Below are positions 1 to 12,690 of a DNA stretch of 64,000 nucleotides, piece by piece. The position numbers and the translations under genes were made by a program. Numbering within the stretch: position 1 is the first letter of the stretch; each line of letters starts with the position of its first letter. Under the pieces are notes generated by a model. The model saw only the letters and a list, made by a program, of their open reading frames with translations. It made no database searches and had not been told where the DNA came from. The DNA is from Camelus ferus (lineage: Eukaryota). The DNA is taken from contig NC_045696.1 in the NCBI RefSeq assembly GCF_009834535.1, positions 7,690,001-7,754,000 of the forward strand. Direction: 5' to 3'.

Positions 1-153
1 TTAAACCACAGAAATTTATTTTCTGACAGTTTCTCAGGATAGAAGACTGAGGTCAAGTTGTGGGCAAGGTTGGTTCCTTTTGAGAACCATGAGGGAAGTC
101 CTCTCTCTTTGGCTTGTGGATGGTCACCTCCCTGGGTCTTCCCGTTGCCTTCC

Positions 154-199
<46 letters not shown>

Positions 200-402
200 A
201 TCTGTCCATCTGTGTCCAAATTTACTCTTTGTATAAGGACACCAGTCATAGTGGATTAAGATCCACCCTGACAACCTTACTTTAACTTAATCCCATCCGT
301 AAAGACCTTGTCTCCAAATATAGTCATATTCTAAGATACTGGGGGTTAGAATTTAAACATTATGAATTTGGCAGAGAGTGGGGCACGCAAACAGCTCTTA
401 AC
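1..402 (-). mobile_element. MaLR MLT1-type LTR (partial)
   Basis: cagaaatttattttctgacagttct...ataaggacaccagtcat...tactgggggttag...tatgaatttgg resembles reverse MLT1A-D consensus. Confidence 0.85.
157..197 (+). repeat. (TG)20 microsatellite inside the MLT1
   Basis: Direct reading. Confidence 0.98.
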
Positions 403-687
403 AGCCTGCATGTGCAACTGGGTTGTACCGTGGAGAGGGCTTCCCCAATTAAGAGACTTGGTTGACACATCTGTCCCTCCTCCCCTCTCGGGGAGGGGAA
501 ACACTTTACTCTGGAATATAAGCAAATCCTCTCTGAGAAAGGGGAGGAAAGGGACAGCAGAGGAGGGGAAGGGAAAGCCACTAAGGTTTTACTAACCTGA
601 AATGTAAACAAATGATCCAAGGAAGTCCATCTGAATCTCGCTGGTGCAATGTACATACTACCTCTAGGTTCCAGGGCGTATTTTCTG

Positions 688-738
688 CCCCGCCCCCAAC
701 TTTATTTATTTTTATTGAGGTATGTTGCTGTACACTAA
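688..738 (-). mobile_element. Very short 5'-truncated L1 3' end with 13-bp TSD
   Basis: tttatttatttttattgaggtatg flanked by ggcgtattttctg (675-687) and ggcatattttctg (739-751). Confidence 0.6.
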
Positions 739-899
739 GGCATATTTTCTGTTCAGTCATCCTTTAATCACGTTGACCAGTGCTCTTTGCTGTGAATGCC
801 TAGACTGTGCAAAAATGTGAAAATATTCCTGGAGAATTGTGTCCCACCATGCATCAGTCTTTTTATTAGCTCCAGTTTGAATATGAATGGAAAGCCAAG

Positions 900-2040
900 G
901 ATTACTGAGAATGGTATAAAAAGTTACAATGAAAAAGGCCAAGATGAATAGGAAAACTGACTACCAAGGAAAAATAGCTAATTCAAGGAAAGGAATAGAA
1001 TTTGAAAACATCTCATTAGGGTATGAATCTGTAGTCAAGAATATTTTGTCCTTAAAGCAAGAATAGGATTCTATTAAAGAGTTACAATATTGGAAATGTA
1101 GAATGATTGCCAAATTAAAAAAAAAATAAAGAGCTAAAATAAAGATACCATCAAGAAAAGTGTTTTAGATAAAGACTGAAAGTATAAAAGTATGGGGAAT
1201 GTGGGAGAAAATAGAGACATAGAAGGTAAGTCCTAAAGTTCTAAGGGATGGTACTGATACAGTAACTACTAGCTTCCTGTTGCCATTTAAATACAAATTA
1301 ATAAAAATTAAATATTCAGTTCGTTAGTGACACCAGTCTCATTTCAGTTGCTCAAAAGTCATATGTAGATTGCTGCTTTTGAGCAGTGCAGATTTATGGA
1401 AAATTTCCAACATTGCAGCAAGTTCTGATGGATAGTCCTGGCAACTGATAAAGGAGACTAGAGAATAGGGGTGGGGGAGGGGAGAGATTACCAAATAAAT
1501 AATAGGTGAACACATGTCTGTTAATGTTGAAAGGCTCCACCTACCGTCAAGCAGAGTGGATTTTAGAAAGATATATCTAAATATCATTGTGAAATTCTTA
1601 GGGAACCAAGGATAAAGGAAGTATTCTAAACACTTTGCGAGAGTGATAAATACAGATATCTACAAGGGAATGAGAATGAGTAGTGCTAAAGTTCCTAGGG
1701 AGGATGATTTTTAGTCTAGAATCATTTCCACCCAAATAATCAATTAGATTTAAAGACAGGTAAAGAGACTTGGGGACACTACACTGAAAGTCTCAGAAAG
1801 TTAGCTTCATGCATGTCTTTTCTTAGGGAGTTACTTGAGGATATGCTTTGACAAATAAGAAAAGAAACCAAGAAAGTTGAAAACATGAGATCCCAGAAAC
1901 AGTGCGTCCAATTTATAAAAGCAGTTAAGGAGGTCCTAGGAAGACAGTTAGAAAGAAGCCGAGATGAACCCTTTCCGAGTGGAATGAGACCGAGCACTTG
2001 ACAAGGAAGATCCCTGGAAGAGAGAGGAGATTGCTAATAT
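900..2040 (+). mobile_element. Old, degenerate L1M-like A-rich segment, interrupted by MER3
   Basis: A-rich strand bias and ORF1-like remnants; family not resolved. Confidence 0.45.
1248..1441 (-). mobile_element. MER3-like hAT-Charlie DNA transposon
   Basis: atttaaatacaaattaataaaaattaaatattcagttc...catttcagttgctcaa...gcagcaagttctgatggatag matches reverse MER3 consensus. Confidence 0.8.
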
Positions 2041-2070
2041 GTGTACTGTGTTTAGTAAAACCTGGACACA

Positions 2071-2503
2071 TGTGTTAGTTCCCTATGGCTGTTATAGCAA
2101 ATTACCACAAACCGAGTAGCTTAAAGCCACAGAAGTTTCTTTTCTCATAGTTCTGGAGGCCAGAAGTCTGAAATCAAAGTCTCATTAAGGCTGTGTTCCC
2201 TCTGGAGGGGCTGGGGGGGAACGCATTCCCTTTCAGCTTCTGGTGGTTGCCATCTTCCTTGATTCATAGCTACATCCCTCCAGTCTCTAGTTTTATCTTC
2301 CTCTGTGCATCTGGGTCTTCTCTAGCCTTTCTCGCATTTGCCATTGGATGTAGGGTCCACCTGGGTAATCCAGGATGATCTCATCTCAAGATATTTAACT
2401 TAATTGTATCTGCAAAGAACCTTTTTCCAAAGAAGGCAACATTCACAGATTCCAGGAATGAAGACACGGACATCTTTTGGGCAGGCTACCATTCAATGCA
2501 CTG
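2071..2503 (-). mobile_element. MLT1 LTR
   Basis: tgtgttagttccctatggctgttatagcaaattaccacaaac...tctggaggccagaagtctgaaatcaa...aatccaggatgatctcatctcaag. Confidence 0.88.
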
Positions 2504-4447
2504 TATAATTGTATCTGTTAGAATAGGGGAAAAAAAGTATCTTTAAAATTTTAATACTAGAAACATTCTCATTGATCGGCACAGTGATTTCATTGAGAAG
2601 GAAATGTAATCCTACTGATTGTCTCTGTAGTAAAAACATCTATACAGTTATTAATGTAATTTATGAGTCATTAAAAAAGTTTATATGTATCAACTTTTAG
2701 AATGAATCTGTAAGCAACAGGAGGTACAACAGGTGCTACTGAGCTGAGTATGCATGTCCTTAGATTTGATAATGTAATGGATGACAGAGGCAGGAGGAGA
2801 AGCAGGTGAGAAGTGGAATCAAGAGTGGAGCACTGATGTTCTTCTCTCACAAGCTGAACAGCAAGGCATACTTTCTGGGAGATAAAATAGTAAGTGGGGC
2901 TGTTGATATGTTATCTAAGGTTTCAGAGGAGTCAAGTAGAACTGGCAACAGATGCATCACTAAGAAATGGATGATGGCTGAGATAGTTAAACCCTCATTG
3001 CAGGATGCCAAAGGACAATGTATAAAGTTGCCAAACCATAAAAACCAGTCTGGGGCTGTTGGAACCAGTTAAATAAAGCACAGTGCATTTTTGAGAGCAT
3101 TTTTTCAAACTAGTTTCGGAGCTTGGTTAGACCCAAGGGGCTTTTTAATCACACATTTTCCGTGATTAGCAGTAGGGTCTGATAATCGCGCACTTGTCTG
3201 CCATGAATGGTTAAAAATTTTAAAATAGGTATATTATCTTTTTCTGGAAACTATGTTCCACAGCAATAATTTTATTATATTTTCTTTTCCAGTAGGTGAG
3301 ATTAAAGGAGTGATCCTGAAAATTATGCTTATGGTGGACTTAAGTAAAAAGGATTTCTGCAATCAAATTTACAGATTGTTTTTTATTGATCACAACGTTT
3401 ATGCTGGGGATCAATTTTAATCTACTTGGCATCTTTAATTGCTTATCCACTTAAAAAATTAACTCTGGTGGATGGAAGAACCCCTACTAATGTGAATTGT
3501 TTTTGCTGTTAGTGAAAATATGGTGTTATATGTTATAATCATAAAAAAGAGAATTGCTGAATAGCTCAATACCTCTTTGTAAAAAAGTAAGAATGAAGGA
3601 AAGGAAAGTCCTCCCCTTGAGTAGAGTTCTGTTCAGTACATTTTCTAATATTTCCAGGGTGTTGATCCTGCATGCTCTAGTGAAGTATAACCATACGTTC
3701 ATTCCATAGACTTCTGTGTCCCATCTACCAAGTGCTGAGCTCTTTGGAGATACAAGTACGAATGTTCGTTTGAGAAATGTCAGTCCTCTTAGTAATGCTC
3801 CACCCCCCTTGTTGATATGCTCTATCTTAGTCCCTGCTTTTATGCAGTTCTTTCTGAACCTACTGAATGAGACTTCAGTCTGCACATACAAAAAATGTAG
3901 TCCTTTCTCCAATTCTCAGAACATGGAAAAACTGTAAAAATGAAATACTCATCACTGAGTTTCTTTCTGCATGGGCATGATATGCTCCTCCCTTCGAGCA
4001 GGGCAATATTTTTCACTTACCAGTTGAATACACTCATCGAAGAACTCTTGTGACCTTCAGTACTTTTCTTAACTTTATGCCCCTCCTCCTTTTTTACCCT
4101 CAAAACAGACTTCAAGTATAAGCTCCTCATGGACTCTACAAGGCAGCTTCATTCCCAGCCTCCCACCAGCCATCTGTATCCTCCCACATCTCTTAGGTCT
4201 CCTTAGTGCACCTTCCTTTCTGTCCATAACCCTCCCTCCTATTTGCCTGCGTTACTAGAGCTCCTGTTAGAACTCTTCAGCCATACCTTGGACTGGTCTT
4301 TTTCTGCTCTTCTTTATTCCTTTTGCCTATAAACATGCCCATATCTAGTTTTACTTAGTTAAGTCAACGCTAGAAGCTCTATTGCCTCCATTTCCCATCT
4401 TTGTCTCATTTAGTATTTGTCCTGTATTTACTATGTAAACGTTTACT

Positions 4448-4640
4448 GGGAGGCATTATAGCAGAATGGAGTCCCAGTTCCATTGCTCATTGTGTAAACT
4501 TGGACAAACCTCTTCATTTGTAAAATGGGAGTAATGATGTGCATTTCATTCATGATGTTGTGAAAGTTCACTAACAATATGTGGCATGGCATACAACTTG
4601 CAGCCATTCTAGAAAATGCCACACAATAGAATGTTACTGT
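4448..4640 (+). mobile_element. MIR SINE
   Basis: Core ttggacaaacctcttcatttgtaaaatgggagtaat. Confidence 0.7.
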
Positions 4641-4679
4641 TTTGCCCAGAAAGAGTTGGAGATGCAGGAGGACATATTG

Positions 4680-5200
4680 TAGGCATGGTAGTCAGGGTTT
4701 CATTCCAGGGCTTTTGAGCAGAAAGGGATTGAATGCAGGTGATTGGGTACTTGGAAGATCAGTGAGAGGGTTGGAGGTGCTAACTCTGGGCTAACTCCGA
4801 GAATGACCTAGGAAACAACCCTTGAAGTAGCCTACTGATAAAGAAGGGGAGGAGTCAAGGGAGCCACCGGAACTGCTGACTCCAGAAGCATGGACTGCAG
4901 CTGAGACCAGAGGTTAGGTCCCCACTGGCTCTGCACCTGTTTGCAACACCCAGAAATCTTGAGCCTTGGGATACTTGACCTAGCTGCTCCCACTGGCCTG
5001 GGGACTGGACACACAATGGCCATAGCAGCAGGAGGAGGTCTCTGCCTCTCTTTCTTCTTCCAAATATCACTTGAGTGCATCTAATTGGCTAGCTTTTATC
5101 AGTTGTCTCCAAAGCCTTACTTTTAAGGATTGTGGGAATGCCATTTCTGTACATGTTGTTGGGAAATCAAGTCCTTCTTCCTCTTCTAGCTTCTCAACTC
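4680..5200. mobile_element. Old MLT1K/L-like LTR
   Basis: gtagtcagggttt... start and catctaattggctag...ttttaaggattgtgggaatg end motifs. Confidence 0.5.
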
Positions 5201-6919
5201 TGGCCCCAAAGTTCACTTTCTCCCCCTTTTGTTTGTCTCTTGCCTCTAGAACCCTCCTTTCATTCTCAACACTTCTTCTGAAGTAGTTCTTCTGTAAAAT
5301 GTCATGGAGACCTTCCATCAAACTCTGGACCAAATCCAAGCTCCTCTTTTTGTTTTTAAAGACCCTTCACGTAGGCACCGGAGATCTATCACTTCCTGTG
5401 TTTCTTCCTTCGCAAACTTAGCTCAGTTCTTCCTTTCATCTTGGGCTCAACAACTTAATGACTCTTTCATGTGCCTGCTTGCTGTTGCCTTTGTGTCCTT
5501 GTGGAAATTGCGTTGAAATGGCGTCATCACATTCCTGACATGCTCTTTCCTCATCAGCCCACCAAACAGCCTGTGCAGCTCCTGAGACCCCTCTCCTAGG
5601 GCAAGACTTCCCACACGAGCACTGGTGTTCTCTTTGCATCACAATCAATAAGGGCTACACTCCATTTTATATTTTTTTCAGTTACATTTTAGTGAATATT
5701 TTCAAGCCAAATTATAAATAAACTTGCACGTGGATTTATTTGTCACTTAAAAAGTTAAAATTGATGTTTGGCATATACCTTTGATGTATTTGGAAAAAAC
5801 TGACTCACCTGCGAAATAGTAGAATGGAAAATAGAGGAATTAAGAACAAAGAAAGTGAATGTTAAAGATCAAGGAGGAAAAATTCACTATGTGATAATCA
5901 CAGAAGCTCTTTCTGTCATGTGCCCAGCCCCTCTTCTGGGAAATCTCAACTCCTAAAACTCTAAGAACATAACAAAAGAACGGGCTGGGGGCAGTGGGTG
6001 GGAGATTAAAAGGTTCATTCATTGGAAAAAGTCCTTAAATCTGTAGTAGTAAAGGTGATTATGTATTCTAAACATTAGATTGAAAGAACTGAAATTCTTC
6101 TGGATTTGTCAGGAATTATTTCCTAAGATGTGCAGTGTAATGAAGAATCATAGTTTTTGATTGATTTCCCATCATTGTTACTCTGACATTAAAGTCATAG
6201 CTCACAGAATAGAAGTTGGTGGGATTCTTTCATTTTTCCTAATCTTTTTATTATTGCTCTTTATTCTAACTCCTTGTGTTAGGTGAAAACACATCGTCTG
6301 CCTTTCTAGTATCTCCAGTCCTCAGTTGTTCAGTGAAGGTAGCTCCCACCATCTCTACCCCTTGTTCCTCTGCCCACCAAGGTATGGGTTGGCGGCATGC
6401 CAAATTTCTAGTTCTCTCTTCATTGTTTAAAGCCGTATTTCATCAGCATCGATTATCCTTGAAGTAGTTCGGATTCCCACCTTGTCACTTGTTCTCTGGG
6501 ACCCACTTCCCCAGAGCTGTACTGTGACATCACGGATGTTACATATACCATCTGTGGACCATGGTCAGGGCTGCTGATCAGTGCTGTCAGCTGTGCTTAT
6601 AGAATAGTGGAATCCTGGGGCTGGGAGGGACCTGGAGATGCCACAAGATCTGATTCAATGCTGATAGAGCCTCCTCCTGCATTTTAATTGAGTCAAGAAG
6701 TCAAACTGATTTGGAAAATGAATGAAGCTCATTTTCTTAAGAATCACTTAGTACAACATACATGCATATGTTTGTACACACATGCGTACATGCGTCAAAA
6801 CCAAGCCAATCTCAAGAACTGGTTGACACAGACTATAGTTATTGTCAATATAAAACTAAAGGAATTTGAAATCTAGGCAGTATATAATATTCAGTTTTAT
6901 AATGAGTAATTATTACTAT

Positions 6920-7338
6920 TATTTTGGTCTTAAAACAATAAAAATTTATTGTCTCATAGTTCTGGAGGCTTAAAGTTCTAAGCCAAGGTACCAGCAGGAT
7001 CTGGTACTGTCTGAAGGGAAACATCCTTCTTTGCCTTTTGTAGCTCTGGTGGTTGCCGGCAATCCTTGGCATCCCTGGGTTTGTAGCCCTATCATCCCAG
7101 CCACATGACCCTCTTCTCCTTGTATCTTCACGTTGTCTCCCCTCTGTACGTGTCTGTCTCTGTATCCAAATTTTCCCCTTTTATAAGGTCATATTGGATT
7201 TGCGTCTACCCTAATGACTTCACTTTAACTTATCTCTGTAAAGACCCAACTTCCAAATAAGGTCACATTTCTGAGGTACCAGGGTGTTAGGTCTCTAACA
7301 TGTTTTTTGAGGAGGGGAACACAAATCCACCCATCACC
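6920..7338 (-). mobile_element. MLT1 LTR
   Basis: cttaaaacaataaaaatttattgtctcatagttctggaggct...ccaaataaggtcacatttctgaggtacc. Confidence 0.88.
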
Positions 7339-7629
7339 ACTCCTTAGAATCTGTCAGCACAAGTCCAGACTGTGGTAGGTGCTCCCAACTCCCTCCCTGG
7401 GATGCAGCATATTTCCCCTGTGCACTTCCTTCCGCAGCCAGTTGACCTATCTCCACTCTGACTTCAGATGGGTTCCTGGTGGTCTTTGAAAACAAGGCTT
7501 CAGAAGCACTAGGGTCATTTTAGATTGTCCTACACACCGCCATGGTGTGGAGATGCAACATGCTGTGCTAAACTCTGCTCTAACAAGGCCAGTCTAAGCT
7601 TGGTATTAACCAGACACCCTCCCCACCCT

Positions 7630-7870
7630 GCAGCTTGCATAATATAATGGTTAAGAGCTTTTAACAAAACCACATAAACAGCGTTTAAATGGGAGAGCCT
7701 TTCATTTGTTAGCTGTAAGTTACTGATTCTTTCTAAACCACAGTCATCTTATCTGTAAAGTAAAATAGTACTTACCTCATTTGAAATGAGGATTAAATGT
7801 AGTAATACATACAAAGTCCTCACCCAGCCCGGTGCACATGCTAATTATTCAGTTAATATTGACAGTAATG
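7630..7870 (+). mobile_element. MIR SINE
   Basis: tataatggttaagagc...cttatctgtaaagtaaaatagtacttacctcat...gaggattaaatg. Confidence 0.75.
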
Positions 7871-8264
7871 GTGATTAATAGTGACGTCAATTATGAGATT
7901 AAAACTGTTGGGAGATTATCAGAAATACTCATCTTGGAAACTTTCCAGGATCCATAAAATTTCAAAATCGTTCAGCTAGACCAGTCTTTAGCGATCCTGG
8001 TTGATTGAAAATTTTAATGTTTCATATTTATTGTACAAACTGTATTGTAATGAAAATAACATAAAAGAAAAAATTCCATTATCACACTAAGTTAACATAT
8101 CAGTTATTTTCATTTTTCCAAAAGCTCATAGGCCACGTCCACAAGCAAAAATCAGTTGGTGGCATTATAATTTTAGTGTAGACAGAATTTTGTTTATTTT
8201 TCACCAAATTTTATACTAGAAATGTGTTTCAGGGTTGGCACCATAGTTCCAAATTATAGCAAAA

Positions 8265-8629
8265 GTGTATTGGATTCCTCTTGTGCTCACCTTCTCCCAG
8301 GCCATTGCTGCCGTGGTCAGCTTTGTATGGGTGCAATGTGACTGCACCTCCCACAGCCTGCTTTGTGCCCTGCTACCTCTTCAACTCATGTAATGTGGAA
8401 CCCTGCCTGGCATTCCTACAGGCACGACCAGAGAGAGAGTTCCCACTGGCCACACCTCGACCAGTAGGGGTGGGCATGCTAGCAGGCGAACACTCACTTT
8501 CTCTGAGTCTGAGGCTGCTCTAAAGAGTCTCCCCAGCTCCCACTCATCTTCACTTCCCACAATAAACTATCTGCATGGGAGCTCTCGCCTCAGGAGTCCT
8601 CCTTTCTGAGAAGAGCTGCGGCTAAGCCA
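8265..8629 (+). mobile_element. LTR16-like ERVL solo LTR nested in an old L1ME fragment
   Basis: 3' end aataaactatctgca...ctcgcctcagg...ctaagcca resembles LTR16. Confidence 0.65.
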
Positions 8630-11600
8630 GTTGGCATAGTGGCCCCATGTGATTTCTTTAGTGGTCTCTGTGCTGTTGGATATTTAGGTCATTTCAAATT
8701 TCTGTGGTTCTGAAGCTACACTGAACATTTTTATGGGAAGATCTTTTCTTTCTTTCAAAAAGGAGTTTTAGGATAAACTCAAGGAGTTTAGGAGCAAGGT
8801 CACCAGGTTAAAGATCATAAACTGGTTCATGACTGGCTGTTGTTCATCACTGCCAGCTCTCTTCCCTAAGCTTAACTTGAAGCACCCCCAGCGTGTGTGT
8901 AACCATTCAACCACCATCTCTTTAGTGATTTAAATCTGGCCCCTTGAATAGGAGGAAGATGTGCTGCCCTTTATTCGAATACGTGTCTTGTTGGCTACGA
9001 GGGTTGCACATGTGTTTTCATTCTGGTTTGCTGTGTTTGTACCTCTCACCAGGTTTTGCTTTCGCTTCTGGTTCTTGCAAAGTCTTCTGTGGAGGAAGCC
9101 TCCACATAGCATGGTGCAAAGAAAGCCTAGAAGAAGCAGAAATTCTGCTTGAGATAGCAGAGGTGGCATCAGATTTGGCCTTGACCCTACCGTATGACAT
9201 CCTATAGCCTGGTGAGGAAGGCAGGGGGTAAGTAGTCCATGGGCTGTTTGCTGATGCCTCTCTGATGGCTTAATGAGCCTTCATCAATAACTTACAGTTC
9301 TCGTGGTTATACTTCAAGATGATTTCTCTCTCCACCTGTGCTGCCAGGGAACCTGCAGGTTTAGCAGCCTGTTAATGAATTTCTGCTACCGTGATATTTC
9401 CCCTGTTGTTTCTGTTGAGAGGCGATGATGATTTAGTACCAGCTCTGCTCCTGGTCCTTCATCCTCCTTGTTGATGTTCCAGCAAGCGTGGAGTCGCCGA
9501 TCTCTTTCATTTCTCTTGATGTCAGAGTGTTAGATACACAGAGAGTCTCTGAAGACAACAGATTGAGTTTTGTCCTCTCTGGGTGGTAGGGGGAATAGCT
9601 AAATAGGCTGGTCCACACAATTCACATGCAGAGAAGTATTTGTCTAGATAATGCAAACACAAAAACCCAGTTGGGTCTAATTTACGCAGGTGACCCTGAC
9701 TCTGTACATCTGGTGGTAGGAGACCTAGAAAGTCAATGACACAGCACAAGCCTTGCTCTGAAGCCTGTTTGTGTGTCCTTGCACACACACCATTCCCTTG
9801 CCCCACGCAGAGACTGAAAGGCAGAGGCAGAAAAAGAGCACAGACACCTCCTATACACCTGAAGCTGGTGGTTGTGGTCATATTGTCATAGACCAAGTTC
9901 ACTCGTACACATATTTGCAAGTCCAGAGTACATGAAAGGATTCGATGAGTCTTAAATCCTTGAAGGACGTTCGTTAACAAATTAGTACAGCTAGTTTACA
10001 TGGAAATTATCATGTATGGTGAAAAGGTATCCATAATGAATGAACTGATTTTTTCTGATAATGAGGGAGGTGGGAGAGGAGTGTCCCAGGGATGGGTAAG
10101 TGCAGATGGGGAGAAGATGGTTTGCCAGCAAACTGCAAGTAATTTCGTATTAACAGATGAATATTACCTCCCAGGCCATCCATTGATTCAGTAAATATTT
10201 ACCTGGCTCTCACTCTCTGCCCTGCATCATTATCTAAATACATAGGAAATGTAGTTTTGGTTGGCTTGGGCTTAACTTGATTACTGTTTCATCAGTTCCA
10301 AAACACATTTTAACACTTCTGAAATGGGCATGTGTACTACAATCAGTGCAGTCTTAGATTAGATTAAAAAGCTATTAGTCATTATTGTGTTTGGCAGTGC
10401 TTAAAAAAAAGAGAGAGAGAAGTCCAGACTCACAGGTCAAGAAAACCTGCGTGGTTATGCCCTGATCTATAGAACAAATGAGTCCAGTGAGTGATATATT
10501 AACTTTTACTTGGTTGTTTGCATTTCTTTTAACCTTACTCTGAATTAAGTACTATTTTTATTGGTAGTTTTTTTTAAAATAGTTACCTTTCTTTTAAAAT
10601 CATGATCCTGCTGTGACGAAACAAACAGATCTTGTCCTTGTTCTTCCATTTTCTAGGCATGGATAATTAGCCTTTGTCACCATATTTTTGTAATACCAAA
10701 AGAGGTAAAATTCACAGTAGTATCTAGATACATTTGCATCCAAGTAGTCTTTATCTGTATATCCTCAAGCAAGTTGTGGACTGTTTGACTGCAGAGGGCA
10801 TGTGTATAAGTGCTGATGGCCATCACGTGTGCTAAGCCCAGACCACTGTGGTTGCCATATCTTGAAAAAACAATGTAAATGTAAAATTAAACCATAATGA
10901 AATGTTTATTTTAAAAGAACCCATCAGGTCAGACAGAGCTGTTGTACAGTCTGTGCTTCATCCATCAGATGAGGACTGAACTTTTATCACCACATGACAC
11001 CTACAGGAAAGACAATAGCAGTAACTTACATTACCTGCACGTGGCCTAACATTGCTCGTTGGTGGACATGGGTCGGATGAGGATTCCTGGCTTCAGCTCT
11101 GTCACGTCAGGGAGGCCTCTTGATGGTTCCTGTGGCTTCCTCTCCATCATTTCCCTCCACCTGTCCTCTCCCCTTCCTCTTCTTTCTCTCTCCTCCCTTC
11201 TCTTCCCTTTTTTCATCTTGGTCACAATTCTCATTTGAAAGTACATTTTAATTCTTCTCAACTTTGTTTCTTATAGCCTAGAATTTGTATCTTAAAACGT
11301 ACGTCAGTTTTAGGATAATCACTATTTTTGTACTGAAAACTCAGCAGCAAGTCTTAAATCTCTTCAGATTAAAAACTTGAAGTTTTTTTCCTTTAAACAA
11401 ATGCTTAAATATCAGGTAAGACATTAATGAGGTGCTGAAGAAGTGACAGTGTGAACATTCAGGTTAGAGAAGTACTGAAACCTTATTTTAAAATCATAAC
11501 ATTGAGGGCACACTAGAGCTAAATGCAAAACAAGGTTTGGGGAGGAGGGTTCCGCAGAGTTGGCAAAGGCCAATTCTTTCAGTCATTATTTTTTGGTGAG

Positions 11601-12469
11601 TGTGATGGTGATCATCGCAGCTGGGTGTGCCAGTTAACTGCAATGAAGGAGTGAATGAATGCATACATGCATGAGTGTCTAGCAGTTTAAGTCAACTCAC
11701 ATTTCTAAGTCTTCTTGGCAGAGGTTCAACAGAACCATTGAAATACAGTTGTTTTCTCTGTTCTTCCTAATCCTCATGAGCTCTTGCTGTGCACAAACGA
11801 CAGATGGAAATTAAGGCAAATCTGCTGAAGGAAACAGGCTGCTGGATGCAGTGTCCAGCCTGCCCCGGCAATGCCCACCTTCCCAAGGTGATGTAAAAGC
11901 ATAGTGAAATAAAACTGCCAGCACCTAATGGACTGTATCCTGGGTCACAGTCCTTCATGCTGCACAGTGACTGGTTTGTTTCACCCTTTCTTACGTGGGG
12001 TGTGCCACCCTGAGCACGAACTGGTTTATCTTTTCACACGGTCTTGCTGGAGCACCCTCACCTCCCAGACAGCAGGGCTGGCCCTGGTCCAGGCCATAAC
12101 ATCACCTCCCAGTTCTTCACTCATCATCCCACTTTCTGGTTTACGTTTCTCCTGCCCTCTGCCTCCACTGGGCAGCCACCCACAGAGCTAATTCTGGTTC
12201 CTCAGGTGCTCTGGCTGCCTCTCCAGGGTAATCAGAAAGACAAAAGCTGCTTAGGCCCAAGGAGTGGGGAAGTCTGGGGGTGTAATCGACATGAGGGGTG
12301 GCAGGTATTCAGGGGTGTAAGGGATTCAGTCCAGTTCCACTCAAATCCCTGTGTGAAGTGGTAGAATTACTAGTGATTTTTAAAAAATTCCATTACTCCA
12401 TATTTTATTTTTCTACAGTAGACAGTTCTTTTCTTTACAGAGAATTGGAAAGAACTTGGTTTTTTTTTT

Positions 12470-12690
12470 TTTGAGTCTGACAGATCCCAGTTCAATTCTG
12501 CCTCTGGTGCCTGCCAGCCTCGTGACCTTTCGCAGCTGACTTGCCCTTCTGAGCTTCAGGTGTTTCATCTGTAAAACAAGGATGCCACCTACCTGAAGGA
12601 TTGTGAGGATTAGAGATAATTTATGTGAAACAGAAATGCTGATTTTAAACTCCCCATAAATGGTACTATTAGTATCATTACCATGCTGAT
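12470..12690 (+). mobile_element. MIR SINE
   Basis: ctgagcttcaggtgtttcatctgtaaaacaagg...ttgtgaggattagag. Confidence 0.8.
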
